A stretch of DNA of 64,000 nt from an uncultured Alphaproteobacteria bacterium. GTDB lineage: Bacteria; Pseudomonadota; Alphaproteobacteria; Rhodobacterales; Rhodobacteraceae. The first letter of the stretch is position 1. Each line of letters begins with the position of its first letter. The stretch spans positions 308,900-372,899 of the forward strand of contig CAVVOC010000003.1 of the NCBI GenBank assembly GCA_963749855.1, written 5' to 3'. Below the pieces are notes generated by a model that worked only from the letters and a program-made list of their open reading frames with translations, was not told the origin of the DNA and did not search any database. Below, piece by piece: positions 11,422 through 22,943 of the stretch. Both the position numbers and the translations under genes were made by a program.

Positions 11422-12817
11422 AGCAGCATCATCGTGGCCAAGCCGAGGAAGGCGAAGATAGCCCATCACATCGGTCAGCGTCGTGACAAAGGTGCCCGAG
11501 GCCAGCGCCGGGTCCAGCCCCAGCCGGTTCAGCCCCAGCGGCACCAGCACGCCCGCCCAGGGCCGCGACGACCTGGTTGCACGATCATCGCCAGCCCCAG
11601 CACCAGCCCCCAGCCAGGGATCGCCGAAGATCAGCATGCCCCGCCGACGCCCAGGATCAGCCGCCAGCGCCAGCCCGTTCAGCAGCCCCGCCCCCAGTTC
11701 GCGCAGCACCACGCGCCGCGCGTTCGACGCGGTCAGGTCGCGCGTCGCCAGCGCCCGCACCGAAACGGCCAGCGATTGCGTGCCCGCGATCCCGCCCGTC
11801 GAGGCGACGATGGGCATCAGCGCGGCGAGCGTCACCAGCGCCGCGATCGTCGCTCTCGAACTGCGAGATCACGAAGGCCGAGATCGAGGCGGTGAAGAGG
11901 TTGATCACCAGCCAGGGCAGCGCGCTGCCGCGCCGTCTCGACCGGCCCGTCCGACATGCTCGACCTCGTCGCTCACCCCGGCCAGGCGCAGCATGTCTTC
12001 CTCGTGCTCTTCGTCCAGCACGTTCATCGCGTCGTCGATGGTGATGACGCCCACCAGCCGGTCGTCCGCATCGACGACGGGGCAGGAAATCAGGTGATAC
12101 TGGTTGAAGATATAGGCGACCTCGGTTCCTCGCTCGGTCGCCTCGATGGTGCGGAAGCTGTCCTCGGTGATATCCCGCAGCTTCACCTCGCGCGCCGGAC
12201 GACAGGATGCCGCCCCAGCGTGACATAGCCCCGCGGCTTCATCCGGGGATCGACCAGGATGACGTGGTAGAACTGGTCCGGCAGCTGGTCGGCGCCGCGC
12301 AGGAAGTCGATCGCCTCGCCCACCGTCCAGTGCTCGGGCGCGACCACCACCTCGCGCTGCATCAGGCGGCCGGCGGAATATTCCGGATAGGCCATCGCCT
12401 GCTCGACCGCGACCCGGTCGGCATCCTCCAGCGCGCTCAGGATCATGTCCTGCTGCGGCTGCTCCAGATCCTCGAGGATGTCGACGACATCGTCGGTCTC
12501 GAGCTCGCGCACCGCTTCGGCCAGAACGTCGCGCGGCAGCGCCTCGATCACCTCTTCGCGGATCGACTCGTCGATCTCGGACAGGATCTCGCCGTCGATC
12601 TCGCCCGACCAAAGGCCGCAGAAGCGCGCGGCGGTCGGCCGCGCCGATCTGTTCCAGAAGGTCGGCGATGTCGGCGGCGTGGAGGGGTGCCATGAGGTCG
12701 GTCAGAGCATCGGTATCGCGCGCGCTCGACCGCCTCGAGGATCGCCTCGACGCGGACCGGGTCGAGGCCCATCAGTTCCTCTTCCACCTCGTCGCGCTCT
12801 GCCAGGCTTTCGGCCAT
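11418..12817 (-). CDS. mgtE: Magnesium transporter MgtE (frameshifted)
   Basis: YPEYSAGRLM, CBS pair PVVD..RLVGVITIDD, PWLVINL, MPIVASTGG, DPALASGTFVTTLTD. Confidence 0.93.
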
Positions 12818-12946
12818 GCCGCCCCCGTTCCGATTGCCGCGACCTTAGCGAAAGGTGTTTCAAAGAAACAGGGGCGGCGGCGGAAATTTACGCAGTCGCG
12901 GCAAAAGCACCTAGGCTGCCGTCCGCAAGCAGGGCGAGGGCGCGGG

Positions 12947-14240
12947 ATGACCGATCTACTTCTGGGGCAGGTGCTGTGCTTCGAGGGCGACCCGTTCCGG
13001 GAAGAGGGCGGTCGCCGCCCGGCATGAGCCCGCGGCGCGGTCGCTGGTCGAGAACGGGCCGGATCGCGGCGCGTCGGCGCCGCCGACGCACTTGCGCGCC
13101 GCCCACCCGCAGGCGCGCGTCACCGACTACGGCACGAGCGCTGATCTCGGCCGGGTTCGTCGATGCCCATGTCCATTACCCGCAGACCGCGATCATCGCG
13201 TCCTGGGGCAAGCGGCTGATCGACTGGCTGAACACCTATACCTTCCCCGAGGAGATGCGCTTCGCCGACCGCGCCTATGCCGACCGAGATCGCGAACCGC
13301 TACCTCGACCTGACGCTGGCGCAGCGGCACCACGACCGTCTGCACCTATGCCACGATCCACCCCGACAGCGTCGATGCGATCTTCACGGCCGCGCAGGCG
13401 CGCGGGCATGCGCGTCTTTGCCGGCAAGACCTGCATGGACCGCAACGCCCCCGACGGCCTGCGCGACACGCGCGCAATCGGCCTATGACGACAGCAAGCG
13501 CGCTGCTTGCAGAAATGGCACGGGGTGGACCGGCTGTCCTACGTCATCACCCCGCGCTTCTCGCCCACCTCGACGCCCGAACAACTCGCGGCGCTCGGCG
13601 CGCTCTGGCGCGAGTATCCCGACTGCCTGATGCAGACCCATCTGTCCGAACAGACCGACGAGATCGCCTGGGTGAAGGACCTCTTCCCGCAGTCGCGCGA
13701 CTACCTCGACACCTACGAGGCGCAGGGCCTGCTGCGCGAAGGCGCCGTCTACGGCCACGCGATCCACCTGACCGAGCGCGAGACGCGACCGGCTGGTCGA
13801 GGCCGGGGCGAGCCTTGTCCATTGCCCGACCTCGAACACCTTCATCGGCTCGGGCCTCTTCGACATGGCGCCTCGCGCAGCACCTGCGCGTCGGCCTGGC
13901 CACCGATACCGGCGGCGGCTCGTCCTTTTCGATGCTGCGCACCATGGCCGCCGCCTATGAGGTGGCGCAGCTGCGCGGCCAGGCGCTGCACCCGGCGCAG
14001 CTCTGGTGGCTGGCCACCCAAGGCTCGGCCCGCGCGCTGCATGCCGAGGACCGGATCGGCAACATCGCCCCGGGGATGGAGGCCGACCTCGTGGTGATCG
14101 ACCTCGCCTCCACCCCGGCCATCGAGCAGGCGACGCGCCGGGCCGAGGATATCTGGCAGGCGCGTCTTCCCGACGATCATGATGGGCGACGACCGGGCGG
14201 TGGCGGCGGTCTGGGTCGGGGGAAAGCGCGATGGCGCTGA
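12947..14240 (+). CDS. guaD: Guanine deaminase (frameshifted)
   Basis: GFVDAHVHYPQ, ITPRFSPTST, QTHLSE, GLATDTGGGSSFSML, MGDDR. Confidence 0.93.
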
Positions 14241-14252
14241 GCGGGCCGTCAG

Positions 14253-14575
14253 TCACTCGGCCAGTTCCCAGCCGTCCGGATAGAAGTCGTGCTTCAGCGC
14301 GATCGTCGGTCGCGCATCCGCTCCTTCTCCCAGATCGCCTCGGGGGTGACCGGGATCGGGCCGATGCTGGCGATCAGCGTCTCACCGTCGCCCTTGCGGC
14401 CGGGTGCTGAAGCCTGCCGCCTTCAGCGCCTGTTCCAGCGCGGGCCAGCTGGCGTCGAGTTCCTCGATGAAGAAGACGAAATCGACCACCGCCGTCTGCG
14501 GGCAGCTTCACCCCGCCCGCCTCCTTGAAGGTGGCAAAGGTCTCGCGGCGCTGTGCGTTCGTAATCGTGTGACAT
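14253..14575 (-). CDS. Small hypothetical protein, RraB-like domain (frameshifted; absent from the ORF track)
   Basis: Manual reconstruction: MSHDYE...VVDFVFF...ALEQALKAAGF...PVTPEAIWEKE...DFYPDGWELAE. Confidence 0.55.
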
Positions 14576-14597
14576 GGCGGCCACCGCTATCACCCCA

Positions 14598-15939
14598 TCA
14601 GCGCCGCGCGCCAAGCCGGTTCTGCCGCTCGACCACGCGCGGCAGGTCGATGGTCGCCATCTGACCCTCGCGCACCACCGCGCCGACCCTCGACGAAAAG
14701 GTCGCGCACCCGGGTCGGCCCGCAGAGGACCAGCGCCGCGACCGGGTCCCATGCCCCCGCCGCCTCGATCCCCGACACGTCCCAGACCGCAATATCGGCG
14801 CGCTTGCCGGGCTCGAGCGATCCGCAGATCGCGACCGCCCCAGCACCTGCGCGCCGCCGAGCGTCGCGATCTCCAGCGCCTCGCGCGCGCTCATCGCGTC
14901 GGCGCCCCGCGCCGACGCGCTGCAGCAGCATCGCCTGCCGCGCCTCGCCGATCAGCGTTGCCCGCGTCGTTCGAGGCCGATCCATCCACCCCAAGCCCCA
15001 CCTGCACCCCCGCGTCCCGCATCGCACGCACCGGCGCGATGCCCGACCCAAGGCGACAATTCGAACACGGACAATGGGCAACCCCGGTGCCGGACGCGGG
15101 CGAAAAGATCAATTTCCGAACCATCGAGCTTCACGCAATGCGCGTGCCAGACATCGTCGCCGGTCCAGCCCAGGTCCTCGGCATATTGCCCCGGGCGGCA
15201 GCCGAACTGCGCCAGGGAATAGGCGATGTCCTCGTCATTCTCGGCCAGATGGGTGTGCAGCATCACCCCCTTGTCGCGCGCCAGAAGCGCCGCCTCGCGC
15301 ATCAGGTCGCGGCTGACCGAGAAGGGCGAACAGGGCGCCAGCCCCACCCGCACCATCGCGCCCTCGCGCGGGTCGTGGAAGGCGTCGACCACGCGGATGC
15401 AGTCCTCAAGGATCGCATCCTCGCGCTCCACCAGACTGTCCGGCGGCAGCCCGCCCGGCGACTTTCGCCGATGCTCATCGCCCCCCGCGTCGGGTGAAAG
15501 CGCAGCCCCACCTCGGCCGCCGCCGCGATCGTGTCGTCCAGCCGCGCGCCGTTCGGGAACAGATAGAGATGGTCCGAGGTCATCGTGCAGCCGGACAGCG
15601 CCAGTTCCGCCAGCCCGACCTGCGCGCTGACGAACATCTCCTCCGGCCCGAACCGCGCCCAGATCGGGTAGAGCGTCTTGAGCCAGCCGAACAGCAGCGC
15701 GTCCTGCCCGCCCGGCACGGCGCGCGTCAGCGTCTGGTAGAGGTGGTGGTGCGTGTTCACGAGGCCCGGCGTCACCACGCAACCCGCGCGCCTCGACCAC
15801 CTCGCCCGCCGTGCGCAAGCCCCTGCCCCACGGCGGCGATCACGCCGCCCCGGATCAGCACATCGCCCCCGGCGATCTCGCGCCGCGCGCCGTCCATCGT
15901 CACCACGGCCTCGGCACCGCGCAGCAGAATCTCGGTCAT
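14598..15939 (-). CDS. 8-oxoguanine deaminase / amidohydrolase (frameshifted)
   Basis: [58 protein letters not shown]. Confidence 0.9.
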
Positions 15940-16158
15940 CTTCGCCCCCAATCGCCCCTTCGGTGACGCGCGCGCAGGGCCGACAGAAGGGGGAAGGACT
16001 CGGGCTCACCTGCACCTCTGACGCTAACGGCACCGGAAGCGGAACGACAAGCGGGGCGCGGCGCGAAAAACCTTCTCGTGCGTGTCGAAAATCCTGCGCA
16101 CCCCGCGTCTTCAGTTTACCGGGCCGGATCGGCCGCCCCGGCAGACACGGAGAGACCC

Positions 16159-16734
16159 ATGAACCCCTTTCTCGCCACCGCCTTATTCTGCCTCACCCTC
16201 GCCCCCGCCGCCCATGCCGACGACGCGGCGACGCTCGCCACGCTCAGCGGGACCTGGGTCAGCCCCAATGTCGAAGAGTGGTATGGAGGCTACGGAACCC
16301 GCGAATTCGTCTTCCATGACGGCCAGTGGCAACTGATCTTCACCCACGCGCTCGACCCTGCAATGACGCAGCGCACGTTCCAGTTCCGCACCGGCGGCGG
16401 CTATGTCATCACCGGCCCTTCCGCTGCGGTTCCAGGTGCTTACGAGGCGACCTTCGACGAAGACTGGAAGCATGTCACGCTTCTGACGACGATCCCCGAG
16501 GTGATCGCGGGCATGGGGATGGCCGAGTGCGGCCTGACCCCCAACCTCGAGACGGACATCTCGGTCACCGGCTGCGCCGCCTGGCGTCCGGTGGCCGAGT
16601 GCGGGCAGGACCACGACCTGCTGGCGCTTGACGGCACCGGCCTGCGCTTCGGCCAGCGCCCCGCGGATAACGACATGTGCACGCCCGACAAGCGGCCCAC
16701 GGCGCTGCTGGACCCGGTGGTGCCGCGCAGCTAA
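16159..16734 (+). CDS. Secreted protein with a single APCDD1-like domain
   Basis: Signal peptide; GTWVS, TREFVF, DISVTGC and C-terminal FGQRPADN..TPDKRPT resemble the APCDD1 repeat signature. Confidence 0.65.
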   Translation: MNPFLATALFCLTLAPAAHADDAATLATLSGTWVSPNVEEWYGGYGTREFVFHDGQWQLIFTHALDPAMTQRTFQFRTGGGYVITGPSAAVPGAYEATFDEDWKHVTLLTTIPEVIAGMGMAECGLTPNLETDISVTGCAAWRPVAECGQDHDLLALDGTGLRFGQRPADNDMCTPDKRPTALLDPVVPRS

Positions 16735-16739
16735 AGAAC

Positions 16740-16760
16740 CGAATTTTCGACGAAAATTCG
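16740..16760. repeat. AT-rich palindrome between convergent genes (possible terminator or REP-like element)
   Basis: cgaattttcg-a-cgaaaattcg, a perfect 10-bp inverted repeat. Confidence 0.6.
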
Positions 16761-16764
16761 TGCC

Positions 16765-17566
16765 TTACCCCCGCAGGACCGCCAGAGCCGCCGCGTGGAT
16801 CTCGGCATTCGCGGCGGCCAGAACCCGGCCCCCCTGGTGGGCCGGGCGCCCCTCCCAGTCGGTGACGACGCCGCCCGCCGCCTCGATCACGGCGATCGGG
16901 GCCATGCACGTCATAGGTTTGCAAGCCCGCCTCGACCACAAGGTCGATCTGTCCGGCGGCGATCAGCGCGTAGGCGTAGCAATCCATGCCGTAGCGTGTC
17001 AGGCGCACCTGCGGGACAAGCCGGCGAAAGGCCGCGCCTTCCTCGGCTGTGCCCACCTCGGGAAACGTCGAGAACAGGATCGCATCGGACAGCGGGCGCG
17101 GCGCGCGTGTGCGCAGCGACACATGCCCCATCGGACCGTTCACATGGGCCCGCCCCAGACCGCCCTCGAACCGTTCGCCGATGAAGGGCTGGTCGATCAC
17201 GCCATAGATCGGCCCCTGCGCATCGGCCAGCGCGATCAGCACGCCCCAGGTCGGCGTGCCGGAGAGATACCCCCGCGTCCCGTCGATCGGGTCCAGCACC
17301 CAGGTCAGGCCGCTGGTCCCCTGCACGTCCTCTCGCTCTTCGCCAAGGATGCCGTCCTGCGGCCGCCTGCGCGCGAGGATGTCCCGCATCATGTCTTCGG
17401 ACAGCCGGTCGGCGACCGTGACCGGGTCGAATCGGCCGTCTTCCTTGCTGTCGGCAGACAGACCTGCGGCGCGGAAATGGCGTAATGTCGCGATCCGCGC
17501 CGCATCGGCAAGTTCTGCGGCGGTCGAGAAAATCTCTTCCGCCTCTGCCTTGGTCAGTCTGTCCAC
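16765..17566 (-). CDS. hisN: Histidinol-phosphatase, inositol monophosphatase family
   Basis: DPVTVAD, GILGEE, WVLDPIDGTR, YGMDCYAY; frameshift near 16905. Confidence 0.85.
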
Positions 17567-17636
17567 ACCCGGTCCCCTCTTGACGCAACCCGCGCTAACG
17601 CGACGGGTCGGGGGCGTCAAGTTCGGGTGCGTCCTT

Positions 17637-18002
17637 TCAAGCGGCGGCGTCGCTCAGCACGCGCGCCAGGTCGAACAGGCGACGGCGCTGCGCCTCGGGG
17701 ATGGCGTAGTAGGACCGGACCAGTTCCAGCGCCTCCTTGTCGCCCAGGATGTCACCCGCAGAGCCCCGCGCCGGCGCGCCGGCATCTTCGAGGCCCTCGA
17801 AGAAGAAGTTGATCCCGACGCCAAGCGCATCCGCGATGTCCCAAAGCCGCGAGGCGCTGACACGGTTCATGCCGGTCTCGTACTTCTGGATCTGCTGGAA
17901 CTTGATCCCGACCTTGTCCGCCAGCTGCTGCTGGGTCATTCCGACCATCCAGCGACGGTGACGAATGCGCTTGCCGACATGTGCATCAACAGGGTGTTTC
18001 AT
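17637..18002 (-). CDS. XRE-family HTH transcriptional regulator
   Basis: PVDAHVGKRIR, QQIQKYETGMNRVSASRL. Confidence 0.92.
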   Translation of the reverse strand: MKHPVDAHVGKRIRHRRWMVGMTQQQLADKVGIKFQQIQKYETGMNRVSASRLWDIADALGVGINFFFEGLEDAGAPARGSAGDILGDKEALELVRSYYAIPEAQRRRLFDLARVLSDAAA

Positions 18003-18332
18003 AAGTATTCTCCAGTCCCATTAAGTTATTCCCCTGCCCTTCTATAAGCAATTTTCGTGCCAAAACCGCGCCACCGGTGGTTGTCCACAGCAAAGGCGGT
18101 TAACCTGGAAAAACCTGTCTTTTCGGATATGTCCAATTATACAGATGAGCAAATACGGCTATCAATCGCCCGATACGTTCCTGACCGGCCGGCCACTCTC
18201 CTGCAGGGAGATATGCGCAATGCGATGCAATATGCGAAATTCTCCTCTCATTCTTTGCAAAATGATCAAGATTTGCGGGCTGGAATGGGCCTTACAGCCG
18301 GAGTAGAACTCTTGCATCAAGCCAGAGGACCG

Positions 18333-19295
18333 ATGCGCGCCTTTCGGGTCGTCCAGAGCGGAGAGCGGCCCGTGCTGCTCGACATGGCCGTGCCAGAGCC
18401 GGGCCCGGGCGAGGTGCGCCTGCGGGTCACGGCCTGCGGCATTAACTTTGCCGACCTACTCATGCTGAAGGGCAGCTATCAGGACACTCCCCCCGTGCCG
18501 TTTACCATGGGCATGGAGGTGGCCGGCGTCGTCGATGCGCTTGGCCCGGGCGTGACGGCCCCCGCGCCAGGCACGCGCGTGGCGGCCGTGCCGGGCCAGG
18601 GCGGGCTGGCCGACTATCTTTGCGTCGGCGCCGCGCGCTGCCTGTCCCTGCCCGCGACGATGACCGATATCGAGGCGGCCGGTTTCCAGATCGCCTATGG
18701 CACCGCCCATCTGGCCCTGTCCCACCGCGCGCGCATGAAGCCCGGCGAGACATTGCTGGTCCTCGGTGCCGCAGGCGGCACGGGGCTTGCGGCCGTCGAG
18801 GTCGGCAAGCTCATGGGCGCGCGGGTGATCGCCTCGGCGCGCGGCCCTGACCGCCTGGACATCGCCCGGCGCGCCGGGGCGGACATCCTGATCGACAGCG
18901 AGGCACCCGACCTGCGCGGCGCACTCAAGGCGCAGGGTGGCGTCGACGTGGTCTATGATGCGGTCGGCGGCCCGGCCTTCATGGAGGCGCTTCGGGCCAC
19001 GCGACCCGAGGGCCGCCTGATTCCCATCGGCTTCGCGGGCGGCGAGGTTCCGCAAATCCCGGCAAACCTGCTGCTGGTCAAGAACCTGACAGTGATCGGC
19101 CTCTACTGGGGCGGCTATTCGCGGTTCAATCCGGCGGCGCTGACCGAGAGCCTCGCCACCCTTGTCGGATGGCACGCCGAGGGGCGGCTTCGCCCGCCGG
19201 TCAACCACATCCTTCCCCTCGAACGCGCGCAGGACGCGCTCGACTTGCTGCGAAGCCGGACAGCCACCGGCAAGGTCGTCGTCACGCTGACCTGA
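18333..19295 (+). CDS. NADPH:quinone oxidoreductase (MDR family)
   Basis: GINFADLL, GMEVAG, GAAGGTG, DVVYDAVGG, NLLLVKN, GKVVV. Confidence 0.92.
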   Translation: MRAFRVVQSGERPVLLDMAVPEPGPGEVRLRVTACGINFADLLMLKGSYQDTPPVPFTMGMEVAGVVDALGPGVTAPAPGTRVAAVPGQGGLADYLCVGAARCLSLPATMTDIEAAGFQIAYGTAHLALSHRARMKPGETLLVLGAAGGTGLAAVEVGKLMGARVIASARGPDRLDIARRAGADILIDSEAPDLRGALKAQGGVDVVYDAVGGPAFMEALRATRPEGRLIPIGFAGGEVPQIPANLLLVKNLTVIGLYWGGYSRFNPAALTESLATLVGWHAEGRLRPPVNHILPLERAQDALDLLRSRTATGKVVVTLT

Positions 19296-20163
19296 CCAGC
19301 TCCGGTGCGCCGCGCATCGCATAGGCGCGCCGGATCAGCCCTGCAAGGACCTCGACCACCGGGCTGTGTGCCGGGTCCGCGACGTAGACATTGATCCGCT
19401 TTCGCTGCAGCTCGGGCAGCGCTCCGCCGTGCTGGATCCGCTCCATCTGCGGCCCTTCCGAGCCGGCCAGCGCCGTATGCACCGCCAGGTCGGCGCTTAC
19501 GCTCGCCTCGATGGTGCGGCTGCTGTCCGATTCGACCGCCATGTCCCAGGCCACCCCCGCCGCATCCAGCGCCGCCTGGACGCCCTGGCGGAAGATGCAG
19601 TTGTGTTCGTAGGCCAGGCGCAGCGGGCGCTGCTTCCACGCGCTGCCCCCCGGGGCGCCGACCCAGACCAGGGGAAGCTCCACCAGCGTCTCGCCACCGG
19701 GGTCCACCTCGTCCTCGGTGGTCAGGATGACGTCGCACTCGCCGCGCCGGAACTGGTCCTTCAGCTTCAGCGTGAAGGAGGAGATCAGGGTGACCTTCAT
19801 GCGCGGGTAATCGGCATGCAGTCGTTGCAGCACGCCCGGAATGACGGGGTAGACGATGTCATGCGGCACCCCCAGCACGATCTCGCCCTCGTAGGCGTCA
19901 TGCGTCAGCCGCCCGAACACCTCGTCGTTCAGCGCCAGCATCCGGCGCGCATAGCCCAGAAGCTGCTCGCCCGCTGCCGTCAGCCCCACGCGCCGCGCCG
20001 AGCGATCCAGCAACTCCAGCCCCAGAACGTCCTCCAAGCGCTTGATCTGCATGGAAACGGCAGACTGCGTCAGGTTCAGGAACCCCGCGGCCCTGGTCAC
20101 GCCGCCCGCGTCCGCCACCGCCACGAAAGAGCGAAGCGCCGTCATGTCGAGATTTCGTATCAT
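19282..20163 (-). CDS. LysR family transcriptional regulator
   Basis: LRSFVAVADAGGVTRAA..LNLTQSAVSMQIKRLE. Confidence 0.95.
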   Translation of the reverse strand: MIRNLDMTALRSFVAVADAGGVTRAAGFLNLTQSAVSMQIKRLEDVLGLELLDRSARRVGLTAAGEQLLGYARRMLALNDEVFGRLTHDAYEGEIVLGVPHDIVYPVIPGVLQRLHADYPRMKVTLISSFTLKLKDQFRRGECDVILTTEDEVDPGGETLVELPLVWVGAPGGSAWKQRPLRLAYEHNCIFRQGVQAALDAAGVAWDMAVESDSSRTIEASVSADLAVHTALAGSEGPQMERIQHGGALPELQRKRINVYVADPAHSPVVEVLAGLIRRAYAMRGAPELVRSA

Positions 20164-20177
20164 CACATTCCCTGATG
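20161..20177. promoter_or_regulatory. Putative LysR recognition site (T-N11-A)
   Basis: CATCA-cattccc-TGATG dyad overlapping the lysR start, between divergent lysR and DUF1127 genes. Confidence 0.6.
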
Positions 20178-20292
20178 CCATGACGCAATATCATTCATTT
20201 TCCATATGCAGCACGCCGTGTCAAATACATCAGCATACGCGATGCAATCTTCGACTCAGATCACGCCAACGCATGAAACGAAAGGACCCGTC

Positions 20293-20511
20293 ATGTTCGC
20301 CTCGCATTCGACAGCCCACACCGGCACGCGCCCGCGCATCGCGGCAACCCTCGTCGCGCGCCTTCGCCTCGCCCTTGTCGTCCGCGCCCAACGGCGCGCG
20401 CTTGCCCGTGCCGATGCCCGCCTGCTGAACGACATCGGCCTCACGCGCGACCAGGCGGACGCCGAGGCGAAGCGCCCCCTTTGGGACGTGCCCTCCAACT
20501 GGCTGCGCTGA
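20293..20511 (+). CDS. DUF1127 domain small protein
   Basis: RRALARADARLLNDIGLTR..A..EAKRPLWD; RBS AAAGGA. Confidence 0.88.
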   Translation: MFASHSTAHTGTRPRIAATLVARLRLALVVRAQRRALARADARLLNDIGLTRDQADAEAKRPLWDVPSNWLR

Positions 20512-20636
20512 TCATTCCGCCGCACCGGTTTTGCGGGCGAAGTTCTTGAAAAGCGTGTAAGCTCCTCCAATATTCCAACCCAGTGGGCGGTCCGGGAAAC
20601 AGGGCCGTCCGACAGGGACAACATCGGAGGCTTCAC

Positions 20637-21375
20637 ATGGCTGAATATCAAACGATCCGGACGGGTTGGCGCTGGCGCCCGCACCGCCGTGATCGACGAG
20701 GGCCTTCGCGCCCACATGAACAAGGTCTACGGACTGATGTCCGTGGGCATGCTGCTGACCGGCGGCGTGGCCTGGGCCGTGGGCACCAGCGACGTGCTGA
20801 TGCAGGTCCTGCGCACGCCCGAAGGCAGCATGACCATCCTCGGCTGGGCCGTGATGTTCGCGCCGCTGATCATGGTCTTCGCCTTCGGCGCGGTGATCAA
20901 CCGCCTGTCGGCCGCCGCCGCGCAGCTGTTCTTCTATGCCTATGCCGCGGTGATGGGCCTGTCGCTCGCCTGGATCTTCCAGGTCTTCACCGGCGTGTCG
21001 ATCGCGCAGACCTTCCTGATCACCGCGATCGCCTTCGCGGGCCTGTCGCTCTACGGCTATACCACCAAGAAGGACCTGTCGGGCTTCGGCACCTTCCTGA
21101 TGATGGGTGTGATCGGCCTGCTCGTCGCGATGGTCGTGAACATCTTCCTCGCCTCGTCGGCGCTGGCCTTCGCGATCTCGGTGATCGGCGTGCTGATCTT
21201 CGCGGCGCTGACCGCCTATGACACGCAGAACATCAAGAACACCTACCTGCAGCATGCGCAGATGGGCGACAGCGAGTGGCTGGGCAAGGCTGCCATCATG
21301 GGCGCGCTGCAGCTCTACCTCGACTTCATCAACCTGTTCATGTTCCTGCTGCAGTTCATGGGCAACCGCGAGTAA
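20637..21375 (+). CDS. Bax inhibitor-1/YccA family membrane protein
   Basis: IDEGLRAHMNKVYGLM, YGYTTKKDLS, AYDTQNIK, GALQLYLDFINLF; indel near the 5' end. Confidence 0.93.
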
Positions 21376-21402
21376 TCCAGCGGGATCGCCGCAAGGGATC
21401 AG

Positions 21403-21430
21403 GGGCCGGTCGCAAGACCGGCCCTTTCTT
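21403..21430 (+). terminator. Rho-independent terminator
   Basis: gggccggtc-gcaa-gaccggccc followed by tttctt. Confidence 0.8.
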
Positions 21431-21463
21431 CATGTATCAAGGGTGCGCCCTTCTGCATCCACG

Positions 21464-22012
21464 TCACGGGTGCTGATGCGCGCTGCGTCCGCCTCTGCCC
21501 CGTTCCATCAGGTCGCATTCCATCCGGACCGCCGGAAACACGATGCCAGGACGCAGCGCCACGTCCACCGCCCCCAGCCGCGAGAAGCCGAGCGCGGCAT
21601 AGAACGGAACGGCGGTGCGGGTCGACAGGCAATTCAGGCGGCGGATGCCCCGGTCGAGGGCCTGGTCCATGGCGCGTTCCATCAGCGCCCGCCCGATGCC
21701 CCGCCTGACCAGCCCCGCCCGCGTGACCACATGGCGCACATGGCCCAGTCCCGCCGCCGCAGAGCCATCCTCGGGCGCGCCGGGCGTCCACCCGCCTGCA
21801 CCCACCACGTCACCCTCCGCGTCGACCGCCACCCAGTAGGTGCCCGAGGCCAGCAGTTCGGGCCGCGCGCGCGAGATCAGCGGCAGCGCGGTGACAAGAA
21901 CCGAGGGCGGATAGTCGGCCGCCAGCAGCCGGGGATAGCTGTAAGCCAGCAAGGCATCGACCGCCGCCAGATCGGCGGGCGTCGCGGTCCGCAGGGTCAG
22001 GAGATCGCTCAT
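21464..22012 (-). CDS. GNAT family N-acetyltransferase
   Basis: VRHVVT...RRGIGRALM, AVPFYAALGF. Confidence 0.88.
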   Translation of the reverse strand: MSDLLTLRTATPADLAAVDALLAYSYPRLLAADYPPSVLVTALPLISRARPELLASGTYWVAVDAEGDVVGAGGWTPGAPEDGSAAAGLGHVRHVVTRAGLVRRGIGRALMERAMDQALDRGIRRLNCLSTRTAVPFYAALGFSRLGAVDVALRPGIVFPAVRMECDLMERGRGGRSAHQHP

Positions 22013-22094
22013 CCCCGGTCTCATCCCACCACACCAAACCAAAAGGGCCGCGTCCTTGCGGAGCGGCCCCATCCCGAATGCAGTCCGGCAGATC

Positions 22095-22262
22095 CTACTT
22101 GATCTTGCCTTCCTTGTATTCGACATGCTCCCGCTTCACGGGGTCGTACTTCCGTACGGTCATCTTCTCGGTCATCGTGCGCGCGTTCTTCTTGGTCACG
22201 TAGAAGTGGCCCGTGCCCGCCGTCGAGTTCAGACGGATCTTGATCGTCGCCGGTTTCGCCAT
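22095..22262 (-). CDS. rpmG: 50S ribosomal protein L33
   Basis: [28 protein letters not shown]...KYDP...YKEGKIK. Confidence 0.97.
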   Translation of the reverse strand: MAKPATIKIRLNSTAGTGHFYVTKKNARTMTEKMTVRKYDPVKREHVEYKEGKIK

Positions 22263-22415
22263 CGTGGTCTCTCCAGTATCCGGACACGCAGCTTGGGCGA
22301 CCCGGTCAAATCCTTGAAGCCCGCCTTTTACCGGGGCGCGTCGCGGAGTCAACAGCGAAAGCGCCCGTCTTGCCGCATCGGCTCACCCGTTCGCGCGGGG
22401 TCAGCACGCCCGTGT

Positions 22416-22447
22416 TTCTTCTTGGCCCAAATACCCCCGCCGGAGGC
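22416..22447 (-). repeat. Short intergenic repeat, copy 2
   Basis: Reverse complement reads gcctccggcgggggtatttgggccaagaagaa. Confidence 0.6.
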
Positions 22448-22528
22448 CGCCTGAGGCCCCGCGCCTGCGCGGGGCCGAGGCAAAAGGCATGCCGCCCTCG
22501 GGCGGCACCGCTTGGCGACAGGACGAAC

Positions 22529-22933
22529 GCGCGGACGGCCTGTAAGCCGGGTTCTGTCCGGGGGCTTTCACCCCCTGGATGACCATTCCTCTCGGCCCGC
22601 CGTTACCGACGGGCTCAAGCTGCCAACCCGGGCCCCTGGGCTGAAGCGTCCCTGCGGCGGTATCCCGGACCGAAGCCCCGGACCAGCCCGCGCGGGGCCC
22701 CTATTCGGCATTGCTCCGGGTGGGGCTTGCCGTGCCGTCCCGGTTGCCCGGTCCGCGGTGGGCTCTTACCCCACCGTTTCACCATCACCCCGGAAGCCCC
22801 GGGGCAGACTGTTCTCTGTGGCGCTTTCCCTCGGGTTGCCCCGGCCGGGCGTTACCCGGCACCCTTGCTTCATGGAGCCCGGACTTTCCTCGACGGGACG
22901 TGCGCCCCCTCGCGGTCATCCGGCCATCCGCGC
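22529..22933 (-). ncRNA. rnpB: RNase P RNA (class A)
   Basis: Minus strand contains GAGGAAAGTCCGGGCTCC, AGCGCCACAGAGAA, GGTAAGAGCCCACC, ACAGAACCCGGCTTACA; 5' and 3' ends pair as P1. Confidence 0.97.
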
Positions 22934-22943
22934 GGCATGGGGC

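Noticed and set aside
11421-11600. 6S RNA upstream of the 5-formyl-THF cyclo-ligase
   Set aside because: No intergenic space; mgtE overlaps the start codon.
18003-18332. Replication origin or CtrA site in an AT-rich divergent promoter region
   Set aside because: Only one DnaA-like box (TTGTCCACA) and TTAA half-sites; no full TTAA-N7-TTAA. More likely ordinary promoters.
20512-20636. CcsR-type CCUCCUCCC sRNA array after the DUF1127 gene
   Set aside because: Only one partial CTCCTCC and no tandem hairpin repeats.
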